In this document: piece by piece, positions 1-15,533 of the stretch
Layout of the letters: the number at the start of each line of letters is the position of its first letter
Numbering within the stretch: position 1 is the stretch's first letter
Source: the human T2T-CHM13v2.0 reference genome, Homo sapiens
Reading direction: 5' to 3' (one strand)
DNA length: 64,000 bases
Assembly (NCBI RefSeq): GCF_009914755.1
Contig: NC_060925.1
Position numbers and translations under genes: made by a program
Notes under the pieces: model-generated
The model's input: only the letters and a program-made list of their open reading frames with translations
Told to the model about the DNA's origin: nothing
The model's database searches: none

Positions 1-869
1 CCTCCTTCAGTGCAGGAACTTTCTTCTGGAATATTGCTGAGGATCAACACCTTTCCTGCTCACTGGCCGTCCGGTTCATGGTGGGAACACTTCTCTCCCC
101 AGGGCTGGTTCCCACACTCATGTCTGAATAAGCCACGCAGTCTCTCATTAAAACAAAAAAAAGTCGTTACAGAAGCCTCTTTTTGGGGGAGGCTACTGCA
201 AACTCAGGGAACTCGCTGAACAACCTATTTATTGGAACTGACAATTGTTCGCAATGGGTTTCCCTACAGGACAGGCTGGTGTGGGGAGATCTGGTGGTAA
301 AGGCCAAGCACGTAGCACTTCTTCAGCACTGCATTTACAAATAGGAAATGGGACATGGCTTTCTTCCCAGGAAGAGCCTGTATGTTTATATTACTCCCAC
401 AAAGGGAAATCTGTAAAACCAGACCATTTTGTCCTAGAGTCATATAAAGTCATATCATTTGATTTTCAGAAACACTTAGAAGAAAAGGACGACTGTAGGC
501 CTGCTTTACTATGTGCATAGGTGGGTAGAAGTGAGGAGGGCATATTATAAAATGAATTTGCATTCCATTGAGCCAACATGGTTATATCAAATATTAAATA
601 TTTTATTTATTCAAGGACTACTAAGTGATTGTGACATCTAGAGGCCACATTCCCAGTAATTAAGAGCAAATGCCATAGCTAATGCACAGGAGAGGGACAA
701 GACTCAGAAGACTTTGGTTATAATTCCTATTCGACCTCTCACTGGCTTTCCATGTCCATCTCTACATAGACAAGGAGCCTGAGGGTAGAGACTGTGTCTC
801 ATTTCTAATTCTTCGTACTTGGATTGTACCTGCAAAACAGGCACTCCACAAATGCTTGTTCACTGAGTA

Positions 870-955
870 TATTAGGTGAATCCACATGGAACTGCCAGTG
901 TTTTTGGTAAAAAATAGTAATCAAATATTACAATTTCATGTGACTCAACATAATA
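870..955. mobile_element. MADE2-like mariner (Hsmar2) MITE
   Basis: About 25-bp imperfect TIRs tattaggtgaatccacatggaactg / caatttcatgtgactcaacataata. Confidence 0.75.
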
Positions 956-2259
956 TTTCCATCTAATTTTGTCCACATATTGTATGAATTTGCCTTTCCC
1001 TAAATGTGCTCATGTTTCTGTGCCCTACTTTTTAATTGAAAAGCCCTTTCTCCTGTCCTATATCGATCATATTCCTTCCTTGAACATTCTTGTGAATTAC
1101 TCATTCCCAGGCACACCCAGCATTTGCTAGCTGGTATCTCTGTGTGTCCTCCTCTAAATTGTAGTCATATTGCATTTCCTCAGTGCCTACACAAACATTT
1201 GTCATAATGTTGAATTACCTATCTAAGGATAAAGTCACTATAGCTCTGAAACCCAGTTTCCTTCCTAGAGAAAGAAGATAATCCCTGCCTGGCCAATATA
1301 ACAGAACTGTTGAGAGTTAACATATGAGGACTTAAAATGATTAACAGTAAAGCCTCCAGGTTGTTCTTCTTAAAGGGGGTGGTTTGAAAATGTTAAGTGC
1401 TATTAATAGGCAATTTGTTTTCAGCTCAATCTCAGGGAGGGATTGACTTCCTAGCCAAAACATTTCAAAAGATGCATCCAGTTGACAGACTGAAAAGAGA
1501 ATGTCGATCACATAGGGAGGACACACAAAGAGAACACAGACAGAGTCCTTGTGTTGAAGAGAAAGAGACCAAGAATTGTCACATGCACAATTATTCCCTT
1601 TAACTAGTAACAGGGGCACACAGCACTTGATAGGGTGAACTGAAAGAAATCAAAGGCTGCATGTGAGAGCAAACTAAGGACTGCTCTGTGTACAAATGAA
1701 GAACTTTTGGGGGAATAATTATAACAGCATTAAAGTAAGGAGAGGGGAGGGGAAAAGGAGGCAAGGAGGGAGAAGTGAGGGCTAAGAATATCATAGGACA
1801 CACAAGAGAGTATCACAAGTACTTGGAGAAGATTCTAGACTCAATGAAGAGTGGCAGACTACTCCCTTAGGCACAATAGTTAAGGGATATTTCTTAGTTC
1901 TTAATTGGGAGAAGCTAGAGACTCATAATAAATATGTGACTTTTGGCAAGTTGCTGAATGTTACTTTAAAAACTGGTATTAATAGTTCCTATCTTATAGA
2001 GCTGATATAAACATGAAATAAGACATTGAACATAAACACACTTACAAAGTGCTCAGCATATGGCAAGTATATAATACATATTGTAATAGCTCTTATTATT
2101 TAACATTGTTTGGCAAACTATATGGTCATTCTCAAGTAATGTTTTTACTATATTCAAGAATTGTCCAGTTGAAGAACTCTCCAGGAAGAGTCTTGAACTT
2201 TACGTATTTGATCTATTATAAGCAAAACCAGTAAACTGAATACTGAAGAAGCAGTATCT

Positions 2260-2420
2260 ATAGATGGTTCTATGACAGAAATGTTCTCCACCTATATTTA
2301 TCCACTATGACAGGCATTAACCACATGAAGCCACAGGGCACTTGAATGTGCTGCTAAGAAAGCAATTTTTAAAATTTAATTATTTCAATTTAAATGGACA
2401 CATACCATATTGGACAGTGT
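2260..2420 (+). mobile_element. MER3-like hAT MITE
   Basis: Degenerate ccacatg...cacttgaatgtg...ccatattggacagtg. Confidence 0.55.
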
Positions 2421-2459
2421 TGCCCCCCATACGTACCAAAAGACCTTATACAGGTCACT

Positions 2460-2885
2460 GTGGCCTAGTGGGGCTCTGGATTAGGTGACCTGGATTTGAA
2501 ACCAGAATCTTCCCTTTAGAAGCTGAACTACATTAAGCAAGTAACTCAGCCTCCCATGCCTCAGTTTCAACTTTTGCAATCTGAGGTTGATAACAGTATC
2601 TACTTTATTGGCTTGTAGATTAAATTAGAGAATGCAAATAAAGCAATGGTTCTCAAAGTTCAGCATGCCATCAGTATCACCTGGAAGGCGAAGACACCAA
2701 TTGCTGGGTTCATCCTCTAGGTTTTTTACTCAACAGGTCTGAGGGAGTCAGATAATTTGCATTCCTAATGAGTTCCCAGGTGATGCTCATGTTGCCGGTC
2801 TGGGGACCACACTTGGAAAAACACTGTTATAAGCCATTCAGTATGGTGCCTGATACACAATGAGAACTCAATAGTGTTATTATGA
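2460..2885 (+). mobile_element. MIR interrupted by a MER5A (2644-2826)
   Basis: MIR core gcctcagtttc. MER5A ends caatggttctcaaagt...aaaaacactg, after which the MIR tail resumes. Confidence 0.65.
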
Positions 2886-3211
2886 TAAGCATCTTGATGG
2901 TGTACATCAGTAGGGCTTTTGCAAAAAAAAATTCACACTTTATTAGAAATCTCTAGCCCATTTTTTGACACATACTTTTGATAAATGTTTATGGGTCACC
3001 TACAAAGGGCAAGACACCCCCACTGTGTTGAGTGACCAGCTGTCAAAGTCGGTTTGAAGCAGGGTTTCAGAGCACCAGTTACAGGACCATTATTATTACC
3101 ACCTGAAATATTTTTCACCATTTCAACTTCCCACAAAACATACAGAAAAAAAAAAATTAGGTTTCTCTCCAATGTGTCATCTCCATTAGAAAGATTGTGA
3201 AGGGCCTATAA

Positions 3212-4153
<942 letters not shown>

Positions 4154-4418
4154 TGATTAACCGGATAAGATTCTCTTAATAATTATGGGCCAAGTTTGGA
4201 CTTGAACAGTTGGGTCACTTAAAAAAAATAACAACAGGTTGCAAACAAGTCCACCCTCACCAATGCATAGACTTCGGTCCCTGGAAGTTATCACAAGTTA
4301 TCTGTTTTTCTCCTCTGAGATTCTTTCCATAGTGCCTTAATTTTTTGGAGGAAAGGTATTGCAAGGGGGTAAAAACCACACAAACAGATAAACAGACAAT
4401 TGGCTTGATAGATCTACC

Positions 4419-4424
4419 TTTAGT
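4419..4424 (-). terminator. Candidate distal poly(A) signal ACTAAA with GU-rich downstream element
   Basis: tttagt on +. The downstream minus-strand sequence TTGTCTGTTTATCTGTTTGTGTGGTTTT (about 4372-4399) resembles a CstF element. Confidence 0.55.
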
Positions 4425-5874
4425 TTTGTCATTTTCCAGTATTCACAATCCTTTCAAAGTTTCCTTTAAAGGGGAAAAAACAGAGGCTTGTAAGAAATAT
4501 GCTCAAAGAGGTTCTAGGACTTACAGACATCCCATTCCAGTATAAGATACAAAAGGCAAAATGTTTCCTTTACCCATGATCCAGGCTAGCTCCAAGAATC
4601 CTAAAAACGATGTTTTAATTTGGAATCTGGGATGCGGCGTTTTGTGGATTAACATGTGTTCTGACACAAGGACTACTCTACTTCCTTAAGAAACATGAGC
4701 AAAAATGCTTTGCTCAACAACCTAGTTATGTATGTACAAATGGTGATCATGGTCCTTACTGATAAAAAACTTATAAGCAATTTCTGTTACAAAATCGATC
4801 TTGCTAACAGGTCTTGGTGTATAAGTTAGGATTATCATTTTCATTTTCAGGTGTCAGAAATGGAAGTGCAGAAAAGCTAGGTTTCAGGGTGACATTACTT
4901 AACTGAGGTAGAGGCAAGATGAGAAGCTGTCAGTCATTGGGAATATCTGATTTGTCAGTCTTCACTGCTATTGTAGACTGGCAGAACCTATTTCAAAGTA
5001 TTTCTGCAATGAGCGTAGAGGAGAGAACTTGGGACCCGCCTTGGGGATTTTGATGGGGAAATGTGACCACGGTTCTGTGAATCCAGATTTTAAGTTCGCA
5101 TCCATTGGCTGAATTGATGATATAAAAAACATCATCAGTCGTTCCAACACCCACCTTCAAAATCAGAATGTTTAGAGTCTAAAAAACGCTGCCTTTCAGC
5201 ATTTTTTTTGTACTGAATAAACAAGCACTATTCTTAAGAATAAGGGGTAAGGGTTTTACTCTCAGATTTGCTTCTCTTATGGAGTGATATCGTACAAGCT
5301 AATTGGATTCTCTCAGCCTCACTTTCCTCATGTGTAAAATGACAATAATTCTCCTAATTCATAGGGGGTTGGTGAGACTAAACTGAAATGAATGCAAGAA
5401 AGCACTTATTAAGAATATAATTCAGGGACTTGGGCTCTTGTACAATAAATAAATCAGGTCAAAATAATGCAACCTCCTTAGAAGATCATATCCCATATCT
5501 CTGAATTAAAAAACAAATTATTGCTGGAACAGTTGGTGTTATCTCTTGGAAAACAAGTTAAGCAGCTTAAATATATTAAATCAGGCACCGTCTCAGTGAC
5601 AAACAAACTATAAGAATGGACTTGTTTTTATGAGCTCTGAATACAAATTGGCATCTGATCAAATGGCATCTCAAGGATTATACATCTAAGACCTCTATAT
5701 ATTGCTTTATAAAAGGGTTGAAGTAGATAACGTGTGCATCTGTTACAGTAAGTACTCCAGAGAGAAGCACAAATGATACTCCATTTCCCAAATTACTCCT
5801 TACTTCAATCACATTTCTGCAGGCCAAGGAGTGTGCCTCAATAATTGGGGATTCAGAGAGCTATGCCTTCTTGA

Positions 5875-5880
5875 TTTATT
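5875..5880 (-). terminator. Candidate proximal poly(A) signal AATAAA
   Basis: tttatt on the + strand, about 215 nt after the stop. Confidence 0.5.
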
Positions 5881-6094
5881 TTTTGTTGTTGTTGTTCACA
5901 GCATTTTGTTGATGGGATTTGGAACACTGTCGTATTTCAAAGCTACAAAGCAATATTCATCAAATAAAGCCAATAATCAGCTATACCAAATTAAATGTCC
6001 CAAAACTATAACTTTTTCTTTTTAGGAAAGCTGCCGTTATCAGAATGCATGGAGTGCAAGGCACAAAAGCCTTGCTGTGATTCGTTGAAACTTC

Positions 6095-6980
<886 letters not shown>

Positions 6981-7273
6981 TTCATACTTCATAAATTATA
7001 TACTACTTTATAAATATTATTTTAAATTTTTGGTCTCTTCCATACTTTTAAAATATTTTTAGTTATCCTTTTCAATAATCCAACATCTTTTTCAGGAATC
7101 CAACGTAGTCTACTTTCTAGTCCTACACTAGAGAAAACAATGAGGACTCTAGTTACAGATCCTGAAGCCTGTCTACAAGAAAGCTGAGGTTAGTCCCAAG
7201 AAAGTTCCAAGCCTATCTATTGTCCAATCCTCTCTTTAGAATATACCCTGATGTAACAATTATAAGTTTCTTA

Positions 7274-7399
<126 letters not shown>

Positions 7400-9107
7400 T
7401 TAATAAAAGACAGACAGAAAAACAACAGCAAGGCTCTTTCTTAGAGACAGAAATGATATTGCAAGCAGCTGCATTTCCTGTGAATATTTCACTGTTGGTA
7501 TTCAACAAATGTTCACCAACTATAGAGGGAATGTTTAGACCTAAGTCTTTATCTATGGATCAGACAAAAGCCAAAGAGATGTTTCTCTACTCTAGTTGTG
7601 TTTTTTCCACAGCAGGGGAATACAGCCATCAACACCAGCATGACAGGATCTTGCTGGGAGGGAGGAATGGGATTTTAAATAGCATATGCTCTAGGCACAA
7701 TTGTGTTTTAAAACTACTCCTCATTCCCTCACCCAGTCAGCACATATTATTCCCAGCCCTGACCAGATGCTCTTTACCTCAGAACTACAGCTCATACTTG
7801 AAAGACACCCCACCCCACTCTTCAAATCAAAGGCAGCAGAAAGTTCTTCAGGCAAGAGTTTTTCCTCCCTGTCACATAGGGAGTAATTCAATATTCTTTG
7901 GAGTAAGCTTCATTTTCAAGTACATTGCAATCACAGGACAATTAATATGTTGCAGAGAACTTAAAATCTACAAGTACAATGTAGATGGCTATCAAAAACT
8001 ATGTGGGATGAAAAAAGCAAGTTGGAGAAAACATGAAATACACTGACATTTACGTAAATTTTACAAGTGCCTATGGAAATATATCTGTAATAATAAGTAA
8101 AAAAACATACTGGAAGCTCCTCCCCAAATTTGTAATTGTAGCTGCTTCTAGAGAAGGTGGAAAGGAAATAGATCTGAAGAAAAGAACAAAGGAGACTTGA
8201 ATTTTATCTGTAATATTTCATATTATGAAGAAATGAAGATGTGAAACCAAAAATATCAGAATATAGGGAATGACTTCATCATGAGTTTAATCCCATATGT
8301 AAAGTTTGCAGTGTCAGATCATGACATAGTACATCAAATAAGGGAAGAATGAACCATTATAGAGAAGTCTTGATGAGGAAAATTTTATACTGAAGCAATA
8401 TGGCGGGATTAAAAAACAGGCAATTTTATACATGCAATGCTTGGCTGGGAGTTTATACCTGATAATACAAGTAATACAGTGCGCTGAGGTTTTTTTAATC
8501 AAAGAAACAATATTGCTCCTGTGAAAAAAGCAGCGAGCCATCATAGGCAAGTTTCTTACCCTTTCTAAGCCTTCGTTTCCTCTGTAAAGTGAGGTTCATC
8601 ATGGAGCTTACCTCATATAGCTCTTTCATGGATAACACGTATACTAATTGATAGTAAGAGCTCAATAAATGGTTGCTATTGATATAATATATAACTATAT
8701 ATTCATTAATATCTGACATGATGAAGGACAAATAAAGGTAAAATGAAGGACAAATGGTAAAATAAAGATACTATAGAGAACCTTGATGAGGGGTACACTG
8801 ACTTTTTTCACACCAGATCATTTTCCTTTTTCAGAGCTGACATACCACAAATAGTAATGCATAATCCCAGAGATAGTCGCAGACCTGGGCAGTGATCCTG
8901 ATATGCATAGAAAACTTACTTGAAACTGACAGTTCACATATCTGATCAGGTAATCCCAAAATATAAATGGTATGTTACAGGAATTCTGAGAGCTCTTTTA
9001 ATTTAAGGAAAACAAGAACAGAACAATCAATGGAAAGGCAAAATGTAAGGACCATGACAGCAGACCCAGAGTGGTTTCTCTTCTTCTAAGGTCAATAAGT
9101 GAATGTT

Positions 9108-9420
9108 GGCCAGGTGCATTGGCTCACGCTTGTAATGCAGCACTTTGGGAGGCCAAGGTGGGCGGGTCACCTGAGGTCGGGAGTTCGAGACTAGCCTGAC
9201 CAACAAGGCGAAACCCGGTCCCTGTTAAAAATACATAATTAGCTGGGTGTGGTGGTGCATGCCTGTAATCCCAGGTACTCCGGAGGCTGAGGCAGAAGAA
9301 TCTCTTGAACCCGGAGGCGGAGGTGGAGGCTGCGGTGAGCCAAGATTGCGCCATTGCACTCCAGCCTGGGAAATGAGTGAAACTCTGCCTCGAAAAATAA
9401 AAATAAAAATAAAAATAAAT
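9108..9420 (+). mobile_element. AluS (AluSp-like)
   Basis: Dimeric Alu. TSD aataagt(g/t)aatgt. Confidence 0.9.
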
Positions 9421-10879
9421 AAGTTAATGTGGGAAATTCTACAGAATAACTATTAGGGCCATAGCCATTGCTCTCTTCCACGCAGCCTGGAGTAGAAAGC
9501 CACTGGATCAGTGAGTGGCAAAAACAAAAATATTCCTTTTTATGTTTTCCTCAGCACTCATGGTCCTACATGATACTCCTCTCTGGGATGTACATGCAGA
9601 CACCCCACCTTTGTAACTTTCTCTTCTTTGAGTGGACTTCGCTATACCTGTCTTGTAATTATAGTGAGGCTGACATGCAGAGGTCACCTTGACGCCCCCA
9701 AGCCAAATTAGCCAACAGAGCAGATTAGAAAGCAATTACAGTAGCCCATAGGAAATCACAATGGACTGCAACCAACACAGAAAAAACAATTACCATAATC
9801 AATACACTTTAAGCACATCAAAATGAATATTTCCACATGTCAAAATGGTTCCAGATTCACAAAGCAACCAAACTAAACAGAAAACACATTTAGTTTTCAT
9901 AATGACTCTGCATGCATCTTTGCCTGATGTCGGATCCTTGCCTCTTTTTTAACAATTCTGTGGGGTTTTGCTTTTTAAAAACAAAAAGGATTTAAAAAAT
10001 TTTAATCTTTTTCATCTGCCCCATTGCTCCACTTGGCTTTTTCATCTGATTTTAGTGTGTTTGTTTCTAGCCTTCCCTCCCTGTGCTCCTGCTGCTCCTT
10101 TCACCTCCTATAATTTATCTTAGCCTTTACTTCTCATCCATTGAGTTTACACTTTACATTAATTCATCTTGTCTTTGATTCTACTCACTTATGTGCCTTA
10201 TTCTCTTCATATTTTCAGCCTTTCTCCTCAGTCTTTCTTTCACTTCAAATAATTTAGTGCTGTTCTTTAAAAATTTATACCCTGCATAATGATATCCCTT
10301 TTAATGTGTCTTCTCTTTTTTTCTGTTTTCCTTTTTTTTAAGTTACTCTGACTGTGCTTTCTTAGACACAACATAAAACAAAAGCCTTTCATAATTTTGA
10401 TTGTTATAACTTCTGTCATATAATAATGCCTCTGATCTTCTCCTTTGGTGACTAAACCATTTTTCTTTTGCTTAGTTCCTTTTTGCATCTATGATACTTG
10501 AGATCACCCCACCCTTCTGGCAGAATTAGTGTCCAGATGAATAAACGTTGCCTACATATATCTGCTCACAGAGATTTGTTCTCTTATTATTTCTTTTTCT
10601 ACTTTTTTGGCTGTGTTTGTAAGTTTTCAGTGCTGCTGCCTTTAACCAGCCCGGCTGGGACAGGAGTTTGGTGGTGTTTTCTTGTCATAAAGGATTAATT
10701 CCTCATGACTAGTTGCTTGTAGGATATGCAATAATGACTCTCTAATTCAGCAATTACTTATTGAAGACCCACGATGTGAAAGTCCTGGTGCTGGGTACTG
10801 TGAAAGATATAACGAAGGGTTTACTTTCTAAAGATTTAAGGCCACCAGGAGGAGAGATAATACCCAATGAAGCTTTAAA

Positions 10880-11230
10880 TTCTTCTGGCCAGTCCTCCTT
10901 CAGCATCCCCTATCTCAGTGAATGGCAATGCTATCAATCCAGTTGGGTAAGTCAGAAATATCGGGTCATCCCTGACACCTCCCTCTCATACACATCCAGT
11001 CCTATCAGTTTTACTTCCTAAATGTTTCTTATATTTGTCTACTTTTCTGCATCTTCACTGTCATCATCATGGCCCATATTAGACTAGTGAAATAGCCTCT
11101 AAATAGATGGCCCCAGATATTCTTCTCTTCCTAAAACTCATTCTCTGTATTTTAATCAATTCTCTTTTAAAAGTATAAGTCATATCAAATTTGCTGTATC
11201 CTTAAAATGTACAAATAGCTTCCTGTTACT
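10880..11230. mobile_element. L2 fragment
   Basis: gtcatccctgacacctccctctc..cacatccagtc..cttcctaaat is typical of L2. Confidence 0.6.
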
Positions 11231-11744
11231 TTTTAGAGAGTGTACTGGATTATCTGTTGACATCTCAGCACCATTCTCTCCCTTCTATGCTACCTCTTGA
11301 TTTTCAGGGGCTGCAGCCTGGAAACTACATTTTTCATACTGCCTTTCAGTAGGGTTCTGGTTTGGTGTAGGCATTTGCCTAATAGAGGTAAAGTGGAAAG
11401 AGAAAGATAAAAAATTATTGCTTAGGTAGAGTGGGTGAATATGTGGATATGAGCAGACTACAGAAATGAGTAGCTTCCTGCATCTCGGAAAAATCCAGGC
11501 TCAACCGGCCTCACAAAGAATGAAGCACTTCAAGAACTGGAAGTTTCCAAGGCAGCTATAGGAAATCCAGCATTCTTAGAAAAAGCTCTCAAATGCTGTT
11601 TTATGACAGTCTCAAAGAAAGAGAAATAATAATAATACAAAGCTCTCAAAAAGCTTATTTTCAATGGTCCTCAATGGCAGTAGCCTGATTCTTAGACATT
11701 ATGATGACACCTCTTCTCTGACTCTACCAGTCTGAAGTTTCTGA

Positions 11745-12162
<418 letters not shown>

Positions 12163-12516
12163 TCAGTTTCTAGTCTTCTTATCCTCTTCCCAAATTTTTC
12201 AGATTCTTGAGAAAGATAATCTGATTAGCCCAGATACTCACTTTCATCTCTATCTGAATGAATTTAGTGGAATCTCTCTGAAACTTCATTTCCCCATCTG
12301 TAAAATGGGGATAATGCCACCCACTTATTTCATAGCCCTATTGTGAGAACTGAATAGATAATGAGTGTGTAGCAGTTAGTAGATGCCTGGCAAATAATTC
12401 TCAACACATGTCAAGTCCTTCCTTTCCTTTCCCTCAAGGCCATGTATAGTGCCCTTTTTCCGGATCAGTGGCATTGTAGGTACTTAGCAACTATTTGCTG
12501 TTGTTTAATAAAAATT

Positions 12517-12660
12517 ATATATGTATGTGTGTGCCTTTATGTGTATGTGTGTGTGTATATATATATGTATACAACACATATATATAACACATATACATAC
12601 ACACAAACAGAGAGAGAGAAAAAGAGAGAGAGAGAGACATATACACAGAGAGAGAAAGGG
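12517..12660. repeat. Compound TG/TA/CA/AG microsatellite
   Basis: Direct reading. Confidence 0.85.
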
Positions 12661-14719
12661 GAGAAATAAACATTTACTTAATACATAGCCAGCTATTTGA
12701 AATTAGGCATTTGGAGAAATAATACAGATGCAAAATAAAAACTATGAACACTTGCTATTTTTGAGCATTGGAATATTTTGTCTGTATTCAAATTTCTTGT
12801 ACTTATCATACTCTCAAGCTGAAGATGGTCTCAGCTGTCCATTCCAGGGTTCCTTACCAAGTTCTGCCAAAATAGTTACATAAATCTTTTATAAACTTAT
12901 CTGAAAGGCTCCTCTTCCATTCCTTTCTATTATGTTTGTTTTCTGACCCACCATGCCACTCATTCTAATGATGATTTTGACAAAAGGAAACACTAATATT
13001 TGGCTTGCGTCAAAATTTTATGAAGAGGTCACACATAGATTTGCTGATAGGAAAAAAAAAACACAGATGTTTTATCCACCCTTCAATCTACCATTCTACC
13101 TGTCTACATTTATAATACAAATATTCATAGACATTCTGGCAATGACCTTTTTCAAAATCCAGAAATGTGTGGAACAAAGCAAAACAAAAACAAATAAAAA
13201 TACCTTCAAGTGCTTCATCTCTGTTATAGGGAAAACAATGATATAGCTTAAAAATCAAACCTGAGTTTAAATCCTGACTCTGCTACTTATTATTGAGCAA
13301 TTAGGAACTTCTAAACTTGAGAGAAAACATAATGAGACAAATACAAAATGTACATTAGCAGAAAAAGTGCTGTAGACCCATAGTCTTGCCCAGATGTTCC
13401 AAAGTCAACTGACTGGCTACTTAGCTTCAGGCAAGTTGTTAAACCACACTGGACTGAAGCTGTAAAGCAATGGAATTAAAGAAGAGGCTCCTTAAAGCTC
13501 CTTCCCATCCTTTGCTTCATGGTATCATTAAGAATGTAGTCATTCTTGTTAAAGTTTATGCTTTTCCATAGCCCTAAACTCAGAGGACTCTTCCATTACA
13601 GCTCTTGAACTATTAAGGAAACCTACCACGCTCATGTGTTTTCTTATTCTAGTGCTGACAATTCTCAGGTTTTGTTTTTTGTTTTTGTTTTTGGAGCCAA
13701 GGTTTCACTATTTTGCCCAGGCTGGGCTCAAGTGATCCTCCCGCCTCAGCCTTCCAAGTAGTTGGAACTTCAGGCATGCAACATCACACCTGGCTAGCCT
13801 TTGGTTCTATAAAGAAGTAGGCCTTGAAACAAAATTAGACAACATTGTAATTATCAAAGACATAGTCATCATTAGTCATAACCAAGTAACAGCTCCTAGT
13901 CACAGTACTGCCTGGCCTATATTTCATTTTAATCCTTTAATAATCCTGTGCTTAATAATTATTCCCGTTTTACAGGTGAGAAAGTCAAGTTTCTTCACAG
14001 AACCTTTACAAGCAAATATCCTACCTCTCTAGAAAATGTATTATTAAGACTTTCATTATACTTTCATTTGTTACTTATTGGAGAATATTGTTCTAGCCTT
14101 TTAAATAAGTCAAAAGCTACTTATTACAAATAATAAATGTTATCAAGAGTCCAGCATACAAGTTAATACAACAAACAGACAAATAAGCCTTGCAAGTTTT
14201 CATCAGAATTGAAGATAGGCTGCATGTACTCATGGACATTCCCTGTTTGTAGAGCTAAGCAGCTGCTCTTTTGGCCGTTTCCATCATAATTGCACAAGGG
14301 CTCTGGAGTCATGCCACGAGGTACAGATACTGTCATCTTCATGCTATTATCAGACTTCCATGCAAAGAATTGCAATTCACAGCTTTAGGGGAAAGGGTTG
14401 CAAAAACACTGGTGCAGTGTCTTCTTTTCCCAGAAGCTTTCACAGTAGCATGGCCCTAAGCACATGCCAATTGGGAGGCTTTATCTCTAGAAGGCCAAAT
14501 GGGGGTCAAGGGAGGCTGATGAGGGGTTAGCACGGAAGAATTGAGAGGGGGATGAAATCAGAAGCCCTGGCCAGTAGTACAGCGAGTGCAGGGATCAGCA
14601 TCCTCAGGTGTATATTTTTGAGGACTTTAAGTGGCAGCAGTAGCTGACTGGATGGATTAGGGGTCCAGGAAAAGTACAGGTACCCTACATCATATTTTAA
14701 AAACTTGCTCTCAACCTGT

Positions 14720-15230
14720 AGGTCTAATACAGTGGTTATTTAAATTTAATTCAAATTAAATAGAATTTAAAGTTCAGTTCCTCTGTGGCACTAGCAACAC
14801 TTCAGGTGCTCAATAGCCACACATGTGGCTACTGGCTACAGGATCTAGCACAGACATAGAAGATTTCCATAAACACAGAGCATTCTATTGGACAGCATTG
14901 CTTTAGAGTCTAGAATATATAAAAAATCAACATGTAAAATGCTTGAAGTTTAATCAGGCATTACTGGGGAAATATATATAGCTACTGGTTATGAGCACAG
15001 ACTCTGTATCCAAACTTCCTGGACTCAAATCCTGGCTCCAAGCCTTGCTAATTACATGACTTTGGGCATGCTATTAACCACTCTGTCCCTCAATTTCTCC
15101 ATCTGTAAAATCGGGACAATAAGAGTGCAAATTTTAGAAGGTTGTTGTAAGGGTTGATGTATATAAAGTACTTACAATGGTTTCCAACACATTGTAAGTG
15201 CTATTTAAATGTCAGCTCTTGATATTATTA
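14720..15230. mobile_element. MER3-like MITE (14720-14900) followed by a MIR (14980-15230)
   Basis: ctcaatagccacacatgtggctac...ctattggacagc; MIR core ctcaatttctccatctgtaaaat. Confidence 0.65.
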
Positions 15231-15447
15231 GTTTCTCACAGAAACATACTTCTATAATGTAGTACATTATACATGTAGAAACATACTTCTATAATGTAGT
15301 ATTTCTGGGGAATAGATATAAACTGATTCAGATGTCTGACGCTTTCTGCACTTCCCCTTGCCCATGAACCAAGTCTGTATTGAATAGGTTAAAACACTCT
15401 CTTGTCACCATGAGTATGTATAAGACTGGGCTGAACTCTCTTCTTAC

Positions 15448-15533
15448 TTGTACAACAGAATGTCGGCTGCCTGGAGTACTGGGTATGTGAGCAGGCCCAC
15501 CGTGCCATCGTGCTTCTGCTTGGTAGTCTTTGC
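15448..15533 (-). CDS. WARS2: WARS2 coding exon 4 (86 nt): [28 protein letters not shown](K)
   Basis: Trp[12 protein letters not shown] signature. Acceptor CTCACAG| and donor CAA|GTAAGA. Confidence 0.97.

Larger units (their letters stand above)
4400..6094 (-). other. WARS2: WARS2 3' UTR (distal end approximate)
   Basis: Follows the stop codon. Ends near an ACTAAA hexamer followed by a GU/U-rich tract. Confidence 0.7.
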
